From Pseudomonadota bacterium (GTDB taxonomy: Bacteria > Pseudomonadota > Gammaproteobacteria > JAFEDO01): 46,426 bases of DNA. The position numbers were made by a program, and so were the translations under genes. Each line of letters begins with the position of its first letter. Positions within the stretch are counted from its first letter, which is position 1. The DNA lies in NCBI GenBank assembly GCA_018241565.1, contig JAFEDO010000009.1, positions 1-46,426 of the forward strand, written 5' to 3'. The notes beneath the pieces were generated by a model. It did not search any database. It worked only from the letters and a program-made list of their open reading frames with translations, and was not told the DNA's origin. Below, piece by piece: positions 46,077 through 46,426 of the stretch.

Positions 46077-46426
46077 ATGAAATTAAAAGATTTTTTTGCT
46101 CGAAATCCTGTATTTAGGCTTGATGAGATCATTTCTTGTATGGAAAGGAACGGCCAAACCAATTCTAACACGCAGCGCGAATTGATGAGTTACCATTTAA
46201 AAGCTGGTCATATTATTCGAATACGTCGAGGGTTTTTTGCTTCTATCCCAATATCTTTTAAGCCAGAGAAATTTACAGCTGATCCCTATTTAATTGCTGG
46301 GCGAGTATGTAAAGATTCTGTGTTAGGGTATCACTCTGCATTAAGCTTTTATGGAACTGCTTATTCCATTTATCAAGATTTTTATTTTTTTACAAAACAA
46401 TCGATGCAATCTTTTTCTTATCAAGG
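46077..46426 (+). CDS. AbiEi-family (type IV toxin-antitoxin / abortive infection) antitoxin-like protein, N-terminal 116 aa; 3' end outside the window
   Basis: My own translation, open to the window edge and absent from the track: 'MKLKDFFARNPVFRLDEIISCMERNGQTNSNTQRELMSYHLKAGHIIRIRRGFFASIP..DPYLIAGRVCKDSVLGYHSALSFYGTAYS'. The pattern N-terminal 'NPVF(T/R)..E', then 'G.I.R(I/V)RRG.(Y/F)', then 'DP.LIA....DSVL.YHSAL..(H/Y)G' matches AbiEi-type proteins as I remember them. Confidence 0.55.
   Translation, partial: MKLKDFFARNPVFRLDEIISCMERNGQTNSNTQRELMSYHLKAGHIIRIRRGFFASIPISFKPEKFTADPYLIAGRVCKDSVLGYHSALSFYGTAYSIYQDFYFFTKQSMQSFSYQ

Noticed and set aside
1-46426. tRNA, rRNA, transposase or integrase genes bounding the accessory regions
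   Set aside because: I recognised none by eye on either strand. Small RNA genes cannot be excluded without tRNAscan/Infernal.

Overview
This 46.4-kb window looks like chromosome from a low-GC gammaproteobacterium of the order Legionellales. The evidence is the Dot/Icm type IVB genes icmB, icmH/dotU and icmF plus a giant ankyrin-repeat protein; the genus cannot be assigned from sequence alone.

Gene order, left to right:
- icmB 3' end, a small membrane protein, an AmpG-type permease, a LuxR-family regulator and a membrane protein.
- A thioester-containing alpha-2-macroglobulin translationally abutted to pbpC.
- A higB-higA toxin-antitoxin cassette, followed by a displaced second copy of the pbpC 3' end.
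- A 3512-aa ankyrin/TPR-like protein with in-frame tandem repeats.
- A long co-directional minus-strand array: sulfatase-like gene, dsbD, aroQ-accB-accC, purH, an inserted secreted-protein gene plus a displaced purH 3' end, purD, icmH, icmF.
- groES-groEL with a sigma32-type promoter and a CIRCE operator, then a QEGLA-motif (DUF1704) gene.
- An AT-rich islet: an orphan 369-aa gene, an ORC/Cdc6-like P-loop + winged-helix gene with a Walker A Lys-to-Thr change, a 35-bp-arm palindrome, and a 5' partial AbiEi-like gene.

GC-rich modular nested palindromic repeats sit at nearly every operon junction between 32.5 and 42 kb.

The most interesting items are:
- the uncharacterised ATPase/orphan pair next to AbiEi;
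- two independent 'small cargo + displaced gene tail' insertions, at pbpC and purH;
- the giant putative effector;
- the modular palindromic repeat system.

I found no rRNA, tRNA, CRISPR array, transposase or integrase by eye. All homology calls come from motif recognition, not database searches.
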